This document shows positions 49,712 through 59,584 of a DNA stretch of 64,000 nucleotides, piece after piece. This DNA comes from Leptonemataceae bacterium (GTDB taxonomy: Bacteria > Spirochaetota > Leptospiria > Leptospirales > Leptonemataceae). The stretch's first letter is position 1; every line of letters starts with the position of its first letter. The DNA is taken from assembly GCA_965227295.1 (NCBI GenBank), contig OZ245742.1:4480001-4544000 (forward strand). The letters are read 5' to 3'. Below the pieces are notes generated by a model. That model was not told where the DNA came from. It was given only the letters and a program-made list of their open reading frames with translations, and did not search any database. The position numbers were made by a program, and so were the translations under genes.

Positions 49712-51148
49712 TTACGTCGGCGCGGCGTGCACGAGTTCGCGAAAGAACCGGCCCCGCTCCGCATACGAAGCAAACGCATCGAACGAAGCGCAGGCCGGGC
49801 TCAGTAAGATGATGGCCCGGCCGCCTTCGTTCCTGACATATACTTCGGCAGCTTTGCGAGCGGCCTCAAACGCTGTTTTTAGATCGGCGAAGGGCGCCGC
49901 TACATGTATTTGTGCGCGGCCCACGGCCGTGACGATGCCCGGGCCGGCCTCCCCGAACGGAAAGAGCACCACGTTCTCCCGGCCGCCCAGTTCCCGGAAA
50001 TCCGTGCCCTTGGGTTTGCCGCCGCAGAGCAGAAAGACGCGCTCACCGGCTTGAGTGAACGATGCCAGGGCCGCCGCGGCGGCCTGCACGGTCGTGGCCT
50101 TGCTGTCGTTGATGTACAGCAGATTGCCCTGCTCCGCGACGACCTCCATGCGATGTTCGAGCCCCTGAAAACTCCGTACGGCTTCGACTAACTTCGTACG
50201 ATCGACAGTCAGGCCTTCGCCGGCAACGGTATCCAGGGCTTCGAGGACGGCCAGGGCGAAGCGCAGGTTCTCCTGGTTGTGCACGCCGGGCAGCGGAAGG
50301 TCTGCCGCCGCGGTGAGATCGGCCCCGGCGTAGTGCAGGCGTTCGGGTACGCCGCTGTCTGCAATGGTGGTGATGGGACTTAGTTTCGGCGGCGATTCTC
50401 CACTGACCACGGAACGCGCTCGTTCGACAATCCAGAGCGGCGCGAGAAAGACGGCCGGCGCTCGCATCTGTTTCAGTACGTTCAACTTTGCATTGAGATA
50501 CGCGTCCAGGTTATCATAACGATCCAGATGATCGTCCGCCAGGTTCAGGATCACCGCGACGTCCGGCGCGAATTCCTGTACGAGTTCCAGTTGAAACGAA
50601 GAACACTCCACGACCAGCACATCCGCCTCATTCGCCTCCACGATCACCTGCGAAAGCGGCCGGCCGATGTTTCCGCACGCTAACGCCCGCACTCCGCAGG
50701 CGCCCGCGATCAAGTGCGCGATCAACGCCGTCGTCGTGGACTTACCGTCGGTACCGGTCACGGCGATCAGGTGCGGCATCGCCCGGCCGTCGCGCTCACA
50801 AAGCTTCCGCAGTATTTCGTACGCGAAGTCGTTCTCCCCGCGCAGTGGAATGCCCCGCGCCTGCACGGCCTGGAGCAACGGCGATGCCAACGGCACCCCG
50901 GGCGCAGTGATGACCAGGTCGAGGGCGCTTTCGTTCAAGATCTCGTCGAGCAACGCGGCATCGTCGCGAGGGCGGAGGTCCCGGGCGACGCCCGCCGCGA
51001 TGCTTGCGGCAACGGTCGGCGGCCAGGCTGCCTGTTCACTGCGGTCGGAGAGCAGCACCCGGGCCCCCAGGCGTACGCACAGTTCCGCGACAAAGCGACC
51101 GGAGAGTCCGCCCGCGCCGCAAATCAGAATGCTAAGGTTTTCCAGCAA
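49712..51148 (-). CDS. murD: UDP-MurNAc-L-Ala--D-glutamate ligase
   Basis: TGTDGKST, ECSSFQL, DHLDRY, NDSKAT, LSPACASFD. Confidence 0.96.
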   Translation of the reverse strand: MLENLSILICGAGGLSGRFVAELCVRLGARVLLSDRSEQAAWPPTVAASIAAGVARDLRPRDDAALLDEILNESALDLVITAPGVPLASPLLQAVQARGIPLRGENDFAYEILRKLCERDGRAMPHLIAVTGTDGKSTTTALIAHLIAGACGVRALACGNIGRPLSQVIVEANEADVLVVECSSFQLELVQEFAPDVAVILNLADDHLDRYDNLDAYLNAKLNVLKQMRAPAVFLAPLWIVERARSVVSGESPPKLSPITTIADSGVPERLHYAGADLTAAADLPLPGVHNQENLRFALAVLEALDTVAGEGLTVDRTKLVEAVRSFQGLEHRMEVVAEQGNLLYINDSKATTVQAAAAALASFTQAGERVFLLCGGKPKGTDFRELGGRENVVLFPFGEAGPGIVTAVGRAQIHVAAPFADLKTAFEAARKAAEVYVRNEGGRAIILLSPACASFDAFASYAERGRFFRELVHAAPT

Positions 51149-51170
51149 ATAATTACCGGGAGCAGATTAG

Positions 51171-52283
51171 TTATTGAATGCGCAAGGTGGAGAGCGCCAG
51201 CAAACTCAAGATCACGCCGATCAGCCAGAAGCGAATGACCACGCGCGTTTCCGGCCAGCCCAGGAGTTCGAAGTGGTGATGCAACGGCGCCATCTTGAAG
51301 ATGCGTTTGCCGCGCAGCTTGAACGAGCCCACCTGCAAAATCACCGAAAGCGCTTCCAGAACAAAGACGCCGCCGGCGATCACGAGCAGGAGTTCTTTTT
51401 TTAAGATGATGGCGGTCATGCCCAGGGCGCCGCCCAGGGCCAGCGAGCCGGTATCGCCCATGAAGATGCGCGCCGGCGCGGCGTTGAACCACAAGAATCC
51501 CACACCGGCACCCGTAAGAGCGGCCAGGAAAACCGAGACCTCGTGAGCGTCGATGACCGCGGGTAAGTTGAGATAGTTCGCGGCGCGGGGCGAACCGGTG
51601 ATGTATGCCAGGATGCCCATGGTCACCGCGACGATGCAGACGTTGCCGATGGCCAGGCCGTCGAGGCCGTCGGTCAGATTCACGCCGTGACACGAGCCCA
51701 CGATGACAATCACCCAGAACGGCAACGCAATAAACGGCGTAAGATCCAGGACCTGGCCCTTAACGAACGGAACGAACAGACCGGTATTCGTGTAGGCGAT
51801 GGTGTTGTCCTCGGGAGATTCGAGCGGGGTGAGCAGATAGTACAGCACGCAGAAACCGCCGGCAACCAGGAGCGACAGCGCCATCTTCGTGCGGGCGTTC
51901 ATGCCGTTCTTAATGCGCAGCACGACCTTGGAGTAATCGTCAAGAAAACCGATGCCGCCCATCATCAGCGTGCAGATCCAGAGCAACACGAAGTGCGGGT
52001 TGTGAAAGTTACCGAACAGCAGGCACGGCACGCTGAAGCTGAGCAGAATCAAAAGCCCGCCCATGGTCGGCGTGCCCGCCTTGGACTGGTGCGACTCCGG
52101 CCCGTCGGAGCGGATCGTTTCGCGAAACTTGAGATTGCGCAGTTTGATGATGATCCAGTTGCCGGTGAGAAAGGCCACCGCCATGGCGGTCAGGCCGGCG
52201 AGCAACGCGCGAAAGCTGACAAAACCGAAGAGGCGGAACCAGGACGGCACGGAATCGAAGTGAGAATAAAAGTATTCGAACAT
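51171..52283 (-). CDS. mraY: Phospho-N-acetylmuramoyl-pentapeptide transferase
   Basis: KAGTPTMGG, NLTDGLDG, FMGDTG, MAPLHHHFE. Confidence 0.97.
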   Translation of the reverse strand: MFEYFYSHFDSVPSWFRLFGFVSFRALLAGLTAMAVAFLTGNWIIIKLRNLKFRETIRSDGPESHQSKAGTPTMGGLLILLSFSVPCLLFGNFHNPHFVLLWICTLMMGGIGFLDDYSKVVLRIKNGMNARTKMALSLLVAGGFCVLYYLLTPLESPEDNTIAYTNTGLFVPFVKGQVLDLTPFIALPFWVIVIVGSCHGVNLTDGLDGLAIGNVCIVAVTMGILAYITGSPRAANYLNLPAVIDAHEVSVFLAALTGAGVGFLWFNAAPARIFMGDTGSLALGGALGMTAIILKKELLLVIAGGVFVLEALSVILQVGSFKLRGKRIFKMAPLHHHFELLGWPETRVVIRFWLIGVILSLLALSTLRIQ

Positions 52284-52310
52284 ATCAAAAAATAATCGCG
52301 CATCAGGCGT

Positions 52311-53765
52311 TCAGCCCGTGCGCCGTTCGCGCAGAGCGTCGGCAACGCGATCCATGCGTGCGGAGCGCGAACCCTTCACCAGTACGCCGTCGAAGTCCGT
52401 GAGGCCTCCGGGAAAATTCGGGGCACGTAGTTCTTCAAAGAGCGCCGCGCCGAGGGCCTCCGCATCCGCAGCCTGGACGATCCTGCCTTCCGGGCGACGT
52501 GCGCGAAAACCGTTTTTTATTTCTTCGGCAAATTTCCCGCCGCTTACGGCCAGAAATTCGAAGCCGAGGTCCCCGGCTACCTCCCCCACCTGTCGATGCC
52601 CCGCGGCGGCATGGGCCTCACCCAACTCACCCATCTCACCGGCGACGCAAATCAATCGCCCGTGCGGGAGCAGCGCGCGCAGGGCTTCCAGAGATTTTAC
52701 GAACGAGGCCGGGTTGGCGTTGTAGCTGTCGTCGACGAGTAAGATGGGCGGGCGCTCCGTTTCGCGCGGGAGTCGAATCACTTCAAAGCGCCGGCCGGAG
52801 AGCGGTCGGATGTTCCGCGCCGCCTCTACCAGCGACTCCGGTGCGAAATCGGCAGCGGCGAGCATCTCAAGGACGCCGCGCAAATTCGAAGCCATGACGG
52901 GATTCACGTATGCCGGGGCAACGACCGTGTGACCGCGCCAGGGAAACCGCAGGCCGTGCGCGGGGTCCACGCTCACCTCACCGGGGGCGAAGCCGTTGTA
53001 GACGATCTCCACATTCCGTTCGCGCGCCAGGGCGGCGGCGACGTCGGCGAGCACGGCGTCGGCGGGATAGACCAGCGTGCCGCCGTCCATGCCGGCCAGA
53101 ATTTCCAGCTTCGCCCGCGCAATGCCCTGGATGTTCTCAAAGAACTCGATGTGAACCTCGGCGATGCTCGTGATCAACGCCAGGTGCGGTCGCGCCAGGT
53201 CCGAGAGCAGTTCAATCTCCCCGGCGTGATTCATGCCCATCTCCACAACCACGGCCGCCTCGTCCCCGCGGAAGCCGAGCAGCGTCAGCGGCACCCCGAA
53301 GTGATTGTTCAGATTGCCCCGGGTCGCGCCGACGCGATCGGCGCCGTGCAATTCCGCGAGCATGCCGTGGGCCATTTCCTTGGCCGAGGTCTTGCCGTTG
53401 GAGCCGGTGATGCCGTAGAACCTGGTCGCGCTCATGCGCTCGCGGTGAAAACGCGCCAGATCCTGGAGGGCGACGAGGCCGTCCGGTACCGAAAAGACGG
53501 TGGTACGGCCCGGCTCCGGCAGTTCCAGGCCTCCGGCTAAAAGTGCACTTTCTTCTACTATAAGACCGGCCGCGCCGGCCTGCATGGCCTGGGCGATGTA
53601 GCGATGACCGTCCGTGCGATCACCGCGCACGCAGACGAAGATCTGTCCCGGTTGGATCGTGCGGCTATCGATGGCCACGCCGGTGGCGCGCCAGTTCGGA
53701 TCTTCGGCGTGGAGCGGCGTCACGCCCAGGGCCAGCGCCAGGTCCGCCTGGTTCCAGGGACTCAC
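52311..53765 (-). CDS. murF: UDP-MurNAc-tripeptide--D-Ala-D-Ala ligase
   Basis: TGSNGKT, NNHFGVP, EMGMNHAGE, DSYNANP, KGSR. Confidence 0.96.
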   Translation of the reverse strand: MSPWNQADLALALGVTPLHAEDPNWRATGVAIDSRTIQPGQIFVCVRGDRTDGHRYIAQAMQAGAAGLIVEESALLAGGLELPEPGRTTVFSVPDGLVALQDLARFHRERMSATRFYGITGSNGKTSAKEMAHGMLAELHGADRVGATRGNLNNHFGVPLTLLGFRGDEAAVVVEMGMNHAGEIELLSDLARPHLALITSIAEVHIEFFENIQGIARAKLEILAGMDGGTLVYPADAVLADVAAALARERNVEIVYNGFAPGEVSVDPAHGLRFPWRGHTVVAPAYVNPVMASNLRGVLEMLAAADFAPESLVEAARNIRPLSGRRFEVIRLPRETERPPILLVDDSYNANPASFVKSLEALRALLPHGRLICVAGEMGELGEAHAAAGHRQVGEVAGDLGFEFLAVSGGKFAEEIKNGFRARRPEGRIVQAADAEALGAALFEELRAPNFPGGLTDFDGVLVKGSRSARMDRVADALRERRTG

Positions 53766-55300
53766 GGCATGCCTCCCGGGGAACCGCTCGCGGCACAGGC
53801 CGCAAAGGCATCTTCCAGCTCGCGCCGATCCGAGAAATCGACGCGCTGCCTGCCGAAGATCTGGTAGTCCTCATGACCCTTGCCGGCAACCAACACTGCC
53901 GCCGGCCGTTCCGCCGAAGCCAGGATCATCTCTACCGAGCGCCGGATTGCTTCGCGGCGATCGCCGATCTCCAGGATACGCTCCTCTTCCGGCGCGCCGC
54001 CGGTCCGCGTGGATTGGTAGGAACTCCTGCGGGCGCCGGCCAGGATCTCCGCGCGAATGGAAGCGGGGTCCTCGGTCCGCGGATTATCGTCGCAGACAAT
54101 GACCGTGTCCGCCAGACGCCCGGCAATTTCCCCCATGGGCGCGCGCTTGCTGCGATCGCGGTCGCCGCCGCAACCGAAGACGCAAACGAGATAACGCAGG
54201 CCGAGGCCGCGGGCTTCACGCAGGGCGTTGTCGAGGGCGTCCGGGGTATGCGCGTAGTCGACAATGCCGTAGACATCGGATCGCTCCGATGAGCCGGACG
54301 GAACCGACGGCGGATCCACGCGTTCGAAACGACCGGGCACCGGCGCATGCCGGGCCAGCAGTTTCAGAGCGCGCTCGGTTTCGCCCGCGGCAACGCCCGC
54401 CGTAATTGCCAGGGACGCGTTCATGCGATTGAAGGCCGTGGGCGCCGGCAGCCGTTCGACGAACGGCGCCGGCACTGCTTCAATCTTCGCGGACGCATCC
54501 AGGGCGCGCATTTCGCTCACCAGGCGCCGGCCCGCGTCGTTGTCGACGGCGACGGTCATGGTGCCGCCGGAAGCGAGAGTCATTTCGAAAAGGCGGCGCT
54601 TGGCAAGATAGTAGGCCTCCATGTCGCCGTGATAGTCCAGATGGTCCGGCGTAAGATTCGTAAAGATTGCATGCGCGAAGGTTAAGCCTTCGAGGCGCCC
54701 CAGGGCCAGGGCCTCGGACGAAACCTCGAGGGCGACGCGGTTGACCCCGGCGTCACGCATCTCCGCGAGCAGGGCGTTCAACTGCGGGACCCGCGGCGTG
54801 GTATAACCGGTCTTGCGGTTGTGCCTGACGCCATTCGCATCCACCCACTCGACGCCGACGGTACCGATACATCCGGCGCTGTAGCCGAGGCCCTGCCAGA
54901 TTTCAAACAACATGCGGGTCACGGTGGTTTTGCCGTTGGTCCCGGTAACTCCGAACAAGACCAGTGCTTGCGAGGGCGAATCGTACAACGCGTCGGCGAG
55001 CGCGCCCTGGATTGCTAAGATGTTTTCAGTGACGATTAAGAGCGGTTGGCCGGTGTATGCCGGGGGCCGGTCCTCCGGGCGCAGGAGCACGGCCGTACAA
55101 TCGCTCCGCAATACGGCTTCCAGGTAGGTCCGGCCCTGGTCCGTGGCAACGAAGATGGTGCCGGGGCCGGCCTCCCGCGAGTCGTCGGTGAGCGCGATGA
55201 TGTCGAGGTCCGCGGCCGGCGGGGATTGCCCCGGATCGAGAAGATAACGACCGGCCGGGGCCGGGATCTTATTCAGCAGCGTGAGGAGTTTGCGTTTCAA
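53762..55300 (-). CDS. murE: UDP-MurNAc-dipeptide--diaminopimelate ligase
   Basis: TGTNGKT, DHLDYH, DYAHTPD, DNPR (DAP-type), AGKGHE. Confidence 0.96.
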   Translation of the reverse strand: MKRKLLTLLNKIPAPAGRYLLDPGQSPPAADLDIIALTDDSREAGPGTIFVATDQGRTYLEAVLRSDCTAVLLRPEDRPPAYTGQPLLIVTENILAIQGALADALYDSPSQALVLFGVTGTNGKTTVTRMLFEIWQGLGYSAGCIGTVGVEWVDANGVRHNRKTGYTTPRVPQLNALLAEMRDAGVNRVALEVSSEALALGRLEGLTFAHAIFTNLTPDHLDYHGDMEAYYLAKRRLFEMTLASGGTMTVAVDNDAGRRLVSEMRALDASAKIEAVPAPFVERLPAPTAFNRMNASLAITAGVAAGETERALKLLARHAPVPGRFERVDPPSVPSGSSERSDVYGIVDYAHTPDALDNALREARGLGLRYLVCVFGCGGDRDRSKRAPMGEIAGRLADTVIVCDDNPRTEDPASIRAEILAGARRSSYQSTRTGGAPEEERILEIGDRREAIRRSVEMILASAERPAAVLVAGKGHEDYQIFGRQRVDFSDRRELEDAFAACAASGSPGGMP

Positions 55301-55634
55301 GCGAGGCGCCCGTTTCGTTTAATACGCTTTCGGGCAGACGGATTCTGACAATTTTATTTTTCTCGAGGAGCGGCAGGGTTTCGTAGGTCTTCCAGCGCAG
55401 CGGGTCCTCGCCGGCCTGGAGGGCGAGATCAAACAATGCGCTTTTCAGGGCGCGATTGCGTTTCAGGAGCTCGTCTTTGCGCAATGCGGCCGAGCGCAGG
55501 TCCCGGTTGATGGCCGCCATCTCCACATTCAAATGCAGATAGACCAGGATCGCGAGGAAGATCGGCGCCGCGAGGGCGACAATGCGCAGCATATCACCGG
55601 TCTGGCGGAGAAGTTCCCGGAAAATGGAAATCAT
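55269..55634 (-). CDS. FtsL-like small TM/coiled-coil protein
   Basis: One TM followed by a coiled coil; located between rsmH and murE. Confidence 0.55.
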   Translation of the reverse strand: MISIFRELLRQTGDMLRIVALAAPIFLAILVYLHLNVEMAAINRDLRSAALRKDELLKRNRALKSALFDLALQAGEDPLRWKTYETLPLLEKNKIVRIRLPESVLNETGASLETQTPHAAE

Positions 55635-55643
55635 GCTGTATGA

Positions 55644-56651
55644 TTATCGGTCAGTGGGCGCGCGTTCCAGACACCGGAGCTTCGCGCTGCGGGCGGCGGG
55701 GTTGCGCCCCGTCTCGGCGTCACCGGGGGCCAGGGGCTTGCGGGTGATGATGCGAAACCCGGCCTCGGCGGCCCGTCGCTGATGGGCGGGTACGCCGATC
55801 TCCCGGAACGCCTCCTTGACCAGGCGATCTTCCAGTGAATGAAACGAGATCACGGCCAGGCGCCCGCCCGGAGCCAGACGGGGCGGAATCTCCCGGAGCG
55901 CGCTTTCGATGGCGCCGAACTCATCGTTTACCGCGATGCGCAGGGCCTGAAAGACCCGCGTGGACGGATGAATCCGGCCCCCGCGATCTCCGCCGGCGTC
56001 TTTGCCGGCCTTCCCGGTTTTGCCGCGTTTCGCCTGGCGCCGGGTCTGGGCCCTGCCGGCTCCCGCCGTTGCCTGGCGAACCAGATCGGCCAGTTCTCGC
56101 GCCCCGGCAATCGGCCGGTTTTCGGCAATGACCCGGGCGATGCGGCCGGAGTACGGTTCTTCGCCGTATTGCTGGAAGATGCGCTGGAGTTCGTGCTGAT
56201 CGAGGCGGTTCACCAGATCGGCGGCGCTGTCCTCGAGTTCGGGGCTCAGGCGCATGTCCAGAACGTCGTCGCCGTAAGAGAAGCCCCGCCCGGCCCCGCG
56301 AAAGTGAAACATGGATACGCCGAGATCCAGCAGCACGAAGTCGGCCTGGAGCCCGCGCTCGTCGAGGATGGCCGGCAGCTCGCGGAAATTCGCGCGCTGG
56401 AAATCCACCCGGTCGGCCAGGCCCTGCCCCGTGATCCGCTGCCGGGCCCGCTCGAGCATCTCCGGATCGCGGTCCAGGCCGAGAACCCGCACGCCGGGAA
56501 ATTCCTGAAGCATCATGAGGCTGTGCCCCCCGTCGCCCAGGGTCCCGTCGACGTAATTTGTAGGAGTTCCTACATTTTTAGAGAGCACGGGCCGCGCCAG
56601 GTCCAGGATTTCGGCCGGGAGCACGGGTTCATGGTATTCGCCAGGTGCCAC
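55644..56651 (-). CDS. rsmH: 16S rRNA m4C1402 methyltransferase
   Basis: [47 protein letters not shown]. Confidence 0.96.
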   Translation of the reverse strand: MAPGEYHEPVLPAEILDLARPVLSKNVGTPTNYVDGTLGDGGHSLMMLQEFPGVRVLGLDRDPEMLERARQRITGQGLADRVDFQRANFRELPAILDERGLQADFVLLDLGVSMFHFRGAGRGFSYGDDVLDMRLSPELEDSAADLVNRLDQHELQRIFQQYGEEPYSGRIARVIAENRPIAGARELADLVRQATAGAGRAQTRRQAKRGKTGKAGKDAGGDRGGRIHPSTRVFQALRIAVNDEFGAIESALREIPPRLAPGGRLAVISFHSLEDRLVKEAFREIGVPAHQRRAAEAGFRIITRKPLAPGDAETGRNPAARSAKLRCLERAPTDR

Positions 56652-56759
56652 GATGTTAGCCTGTGGAAAGCGGATCAGGCGGCGAGTTTTTTAATGGACA
56701 GGGGCCCGGCCGATACGGGACATAAGAAGCCCTCCTGGGAGGGTGTAGCGCAATTTTTT

Positions 56760-57587
56760 ATGAGCACTCTCGAATCACAGATCCATCCCGAGTATCAATA
56801 CCTGCACTTACTCAAGCGTATCCTGGAAACCGGGGAAGACCGCGGAGACCGTACCGGTGTCGGCACGCGGAGCATCTTCGGTGCGAACATGCGTTTCGAT
56901 TTGCGCACGGACTTTCCTCTGCTGACGACAAAGGCCGTCCACTGGAAGTCCATCGTCCACGAACTCCTGTGGTTTCTACGCGGCGATACGAACACCCGCT
57001 ACCTTACCGAGAACGGCGTAACGATCTGGAACGAATGGGCCGATGCCGACGGCGAGCTGGGGCCGGTCTACGGCGCACAGTGGCGTAAGTGGCGCGGTGC
57101 CGACGGCGAAAGCATCGATCAAATCGCGCAGCTCGTGCGGAGCCTGCGGGAAAATCCCATGTCGCGACGGCATATTCTTTCGGCCTGGAACGTCGGTGAG
57201 ATTTCCCACATGGCGCTGCCGCCGTGCCATTGCTTCGTTCAATTCTATGTGAGCGCCGACGGCCGGCTCTCGTGCCAGTTGTATCAGCGCAGCGTGGACG
57301 TGTTCCTGGGGCTGCCGTTCAACATCGCGTCGTACTCGCTGTTAACGCTGATGATGGCGCAGATCACGGGGCTTCTGCCCGGCGAGTTTCTGTTTTGCGG
57401 CGGGGACGTGCACATCTATCAAAATCATTTTGATCAGGTACGCACCCAGCTGGAACGTGAGCCGTTGCCGTTTCCGCGTGTCACGCTGAACCCGGACGTC
57501 ACGAACATCGACGACTTTCGTTTTGAAGATTTTCAGCTCGTCGATTACCAGAGCCACGCGCGCATTAAGGCGCCCATCGCGGTCTGA
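56760..57587 (+). CDS. thyA: Thymidylate synthase
   Basis: DRTGVGT, PLLTTK, LGPVYG, MALPPCH, QRSVD, PFN, HIYQNH. Confidence 0.97.
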   Translation: MSTLESQIHPEYQYLHLLKRILETGEDRGDRTGVGTRSIFGANMRFDLRTDFPLLTTKAVHWKSIVHELLWFLRGDTNTRYLTENGVTIWNEWADADGELGPVYGAQWRKWRGADGESIDQIAQLVRSLRENPMSRRHILSAWNVGEISHMALPPCHCFVQFYVSADGRLSCQLYQRSVDVFLGLPFNIASYSLLTLMMAQITGLLPGEFLFCGGDVHIYQNHFDQVRTQLEREPLPFPRVTLNPDVTNIDDFRFEDFQLVDYQSHARIKAPIAV

Positions 57588-57604
57588 ACGGTTTGCACTG
57601 AGCC

Positions 57605-58171
57605 ATGTCCATCGATCAAAGCGGCGCGATTCCCGGAGACCACTTCGAATTTGTCGAGGCGGCCGGTATGGTCAAAGCGGACCGGGACCTGTCGTTGACG
57701 CTCATCCTCGCGCAATCGTTGAACGGTGTGATCGGCCGGGACGGCGATTTGCCCTGGCGCATTCCGGAAGACCTCGCCATGTTCAAACAGGCCACCATGG
57801 GCGGCACGCTGATCATGGGCCGGCGAACCTTCGATTCGATCAACCGCGTCCTGCCCGGCCGCACGATGATCGTAATATCATCTCAGGTAAAGCTAAGACT
57901 CCCCGACGGCGTCGCCCACGCCCGCACGCCCCTCGGTGCCCTGGAGCTGGCCCCGCGGGAAAAGCCGGTCTTCGTCATCGGCGGGGCGCGGGTCTATGAT
58001 CACTTCCTCGACGCCGCCGATGAAATCCTGGTCACCCTGGTGAAGGACCTGGTCCCCGGGGACACGCACTTCGACACTTTCGAACGCTGTTCGCCGACGG
58101 ACTGGGAAATTGTGGAGCGTTCCAGTTTGAATGATACGGCCGAACTCCTGCAGCTACGGCGCCGTTCCTGA
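57605..58171 (+). CDS. folA: Dihydrofolate reductase
   Basis: NGVIG..LPW..EDL..FK, IMGRRTF, LPGR, IGGA, GDTHF; adjacent to thyA. Confidence 0.9.
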   Translation: MSIDQSGAIPGDHFEFVEAAGMVKADRDLSLTLILAQSLNGVIGRDGDLPWRIPEDLAMFKQATMGGTLIMGRRTFDSINRVLPGRTMIVISSQVKLRLPDGVAHARTPLGALELAPREKPVFVIGGARVYDHFLDAADEILVTLVKDLVPGDTHFDTFERCSPTDWEIVERSSLNDTAELLQLRRRS

Positions 58172-58260
58172 CCGCACGGCCGCAATCAAACAAACCGTGC
58201 GTTGCCTTCTAATTGAAATAAGTTGTTTACATAGCTTTACATTTCGTATCTCTACGCTGT

Positions 58261-59316
58261 ATGATTCATGCGCGTATCGCCGGCATCGGCGCCGAGATTC
58301 CGCCGCGACGGCTCTCCAACGAAGAGTGGGAACGCATGACGGACACATCCGCCGAATGGCTGGAAAAGAACGTCGGCATTCGCACTCGCAGCCGCATCGG
58401 CGAAGACCAGAGCCTGGCGGACCTGGGCTCCGCCGCCGCCCGGCGCGCCCTGGACATGGCCGGCCTGGACGCGGCGGATCTGGACTACATCCTGTGCGCC
58501 ACGAACTCCCAGGACGATATTTTTCCCTCGACAGCATCAAAAATTCAGCAGGCCCTGGGTGCCGAAAGCGCCACCTCCTCGGACCTGCAGGCCGGCTGCA
58601 CCGGCTGGCTCTACGCCATGCAACTGGGCTGCGCCCTGGTGCGCGGCGGCGAGGCCCGGCGCGTGCTGGTGATCGGCGTGGAATCCCTCATTCGTTCGCT
58701 GTATCTTTACGATCGTGACAGCGCCCTGTTCGGCGACGGCGCTGGCGCGGCCGTGATCACCGCCGAGGACGCGGACGCCTTCAGTGCTCGCGCTAACGGC
58801 CACGCACAAGAAGTCAGCATGCCGATCTTTGCGACGAACACGGTGCCGTCCTTCGCGTTGCATCATCCTACGTACCATCACGAAGAACACAACGCCGTGG
58901 AACTGTATCTGGAAGGCCGGGACATGGCTCAGGCCCCTCGCGCCCGACCGAAGATGGACGGCAAGGCATCTATGAAACTCGCCATCAACGGCACGCTGGA
59001 CGTGGTTACGCGGCTCTTTCAGACCGCGCAGGAACGATACGGCCTCTCCCGCGAGGATGTCGACGTGTTCATGCCGCACCAAACCAACGTGCATCTGGTG
59101 AAGAAGATGTGCGAGACCCTCGGTTACAATTTCGAAGACATTCCGTTTATTCTGGATAAGTACGGCTGCATCAGCACCGCCGCAATGCCCACCGGGCTCT
59201 GGGAGCACATGCAGGCCGGCAAACTGAAGCGCGGCGACCTGGTCCTGTGTGCCGGCTACGGCGCCGGCTGGACCTGCGGGGCCATGCTCTTTCGCTGGGA
59301 TCCCGCGCAGAACTAA
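58261..59316 (+). CDS. Ketoacyl-ACP synthase III (FabH-like) with non-canonical third catalytic residue
   Basis: AGCTG (Cys), LFGDGAGA, PHQTN (His), but YGCIS where FabH has YGNTS. Confidence 0.85.
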   Translation: MIHARIAGIGAEIPPRRLSNEEWERMTDTSAEWLEKNVGIRTRSRIGEDQSLADLGSAAARRALDMAGLDAADLDYILCATNSQDDIFPSTASKIQQALGAESATSSDLQAGCTGWLYAMQLGCALVRGGEARRVLVIGVESLIRSLYLYDRDSALFGDGAGAAVITAEDADAFSARANGHAQEVSMPIFATNTVPSFALHHPTYHHEEHNAVELYLEGRDMAQAPRARPKMDGKASMKLAINGTLDVVTRLFQTAQERYGLSREDVDVFMPHQTNVHLVKKMCETLGYNFEDIPFILDKYGCISTAAMPTGLWEHMQAGKLKRGDLVLCAGYGAGWTCGAMLFRWDPAQN

Positions 59317-59408
59317 AGACGCATTCGCACGGCCGTTTTCCGGTTGGCTCCTGTCGCGTATTTGGGGAGATGGTTGTTCCGCCGTGTCCCCGGATGCGGC
59401 GAAACTCT

Positions 59409-59495
<87 letters not shown>

Positions 59496-59536
59496 AGAAG
59501 TAAACGGAATCGAACACCCTGACATTTGCGGGGTGT

Positions 59537-59584
59537 GCGGTGGTAAGCTCGCGGCGGCGCGCTGCGCCGCGAGCTTACCACCGC
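59537..59584. repeat. Perfect 20-bp inverted repeat, 8-nt loop
   Basis: GCGGTGGTAAGCTCGCGGCG-GCGCGCTG-CGCCGCGAGCTTACCACCGC. Confidence 0.9.

Noticed and set aside
55839..56759. Apparent 582-aa ThyA fusion
   Set aside because: The upstream part is antisense to rsmH; ThyA homology starts at ATG 56760.
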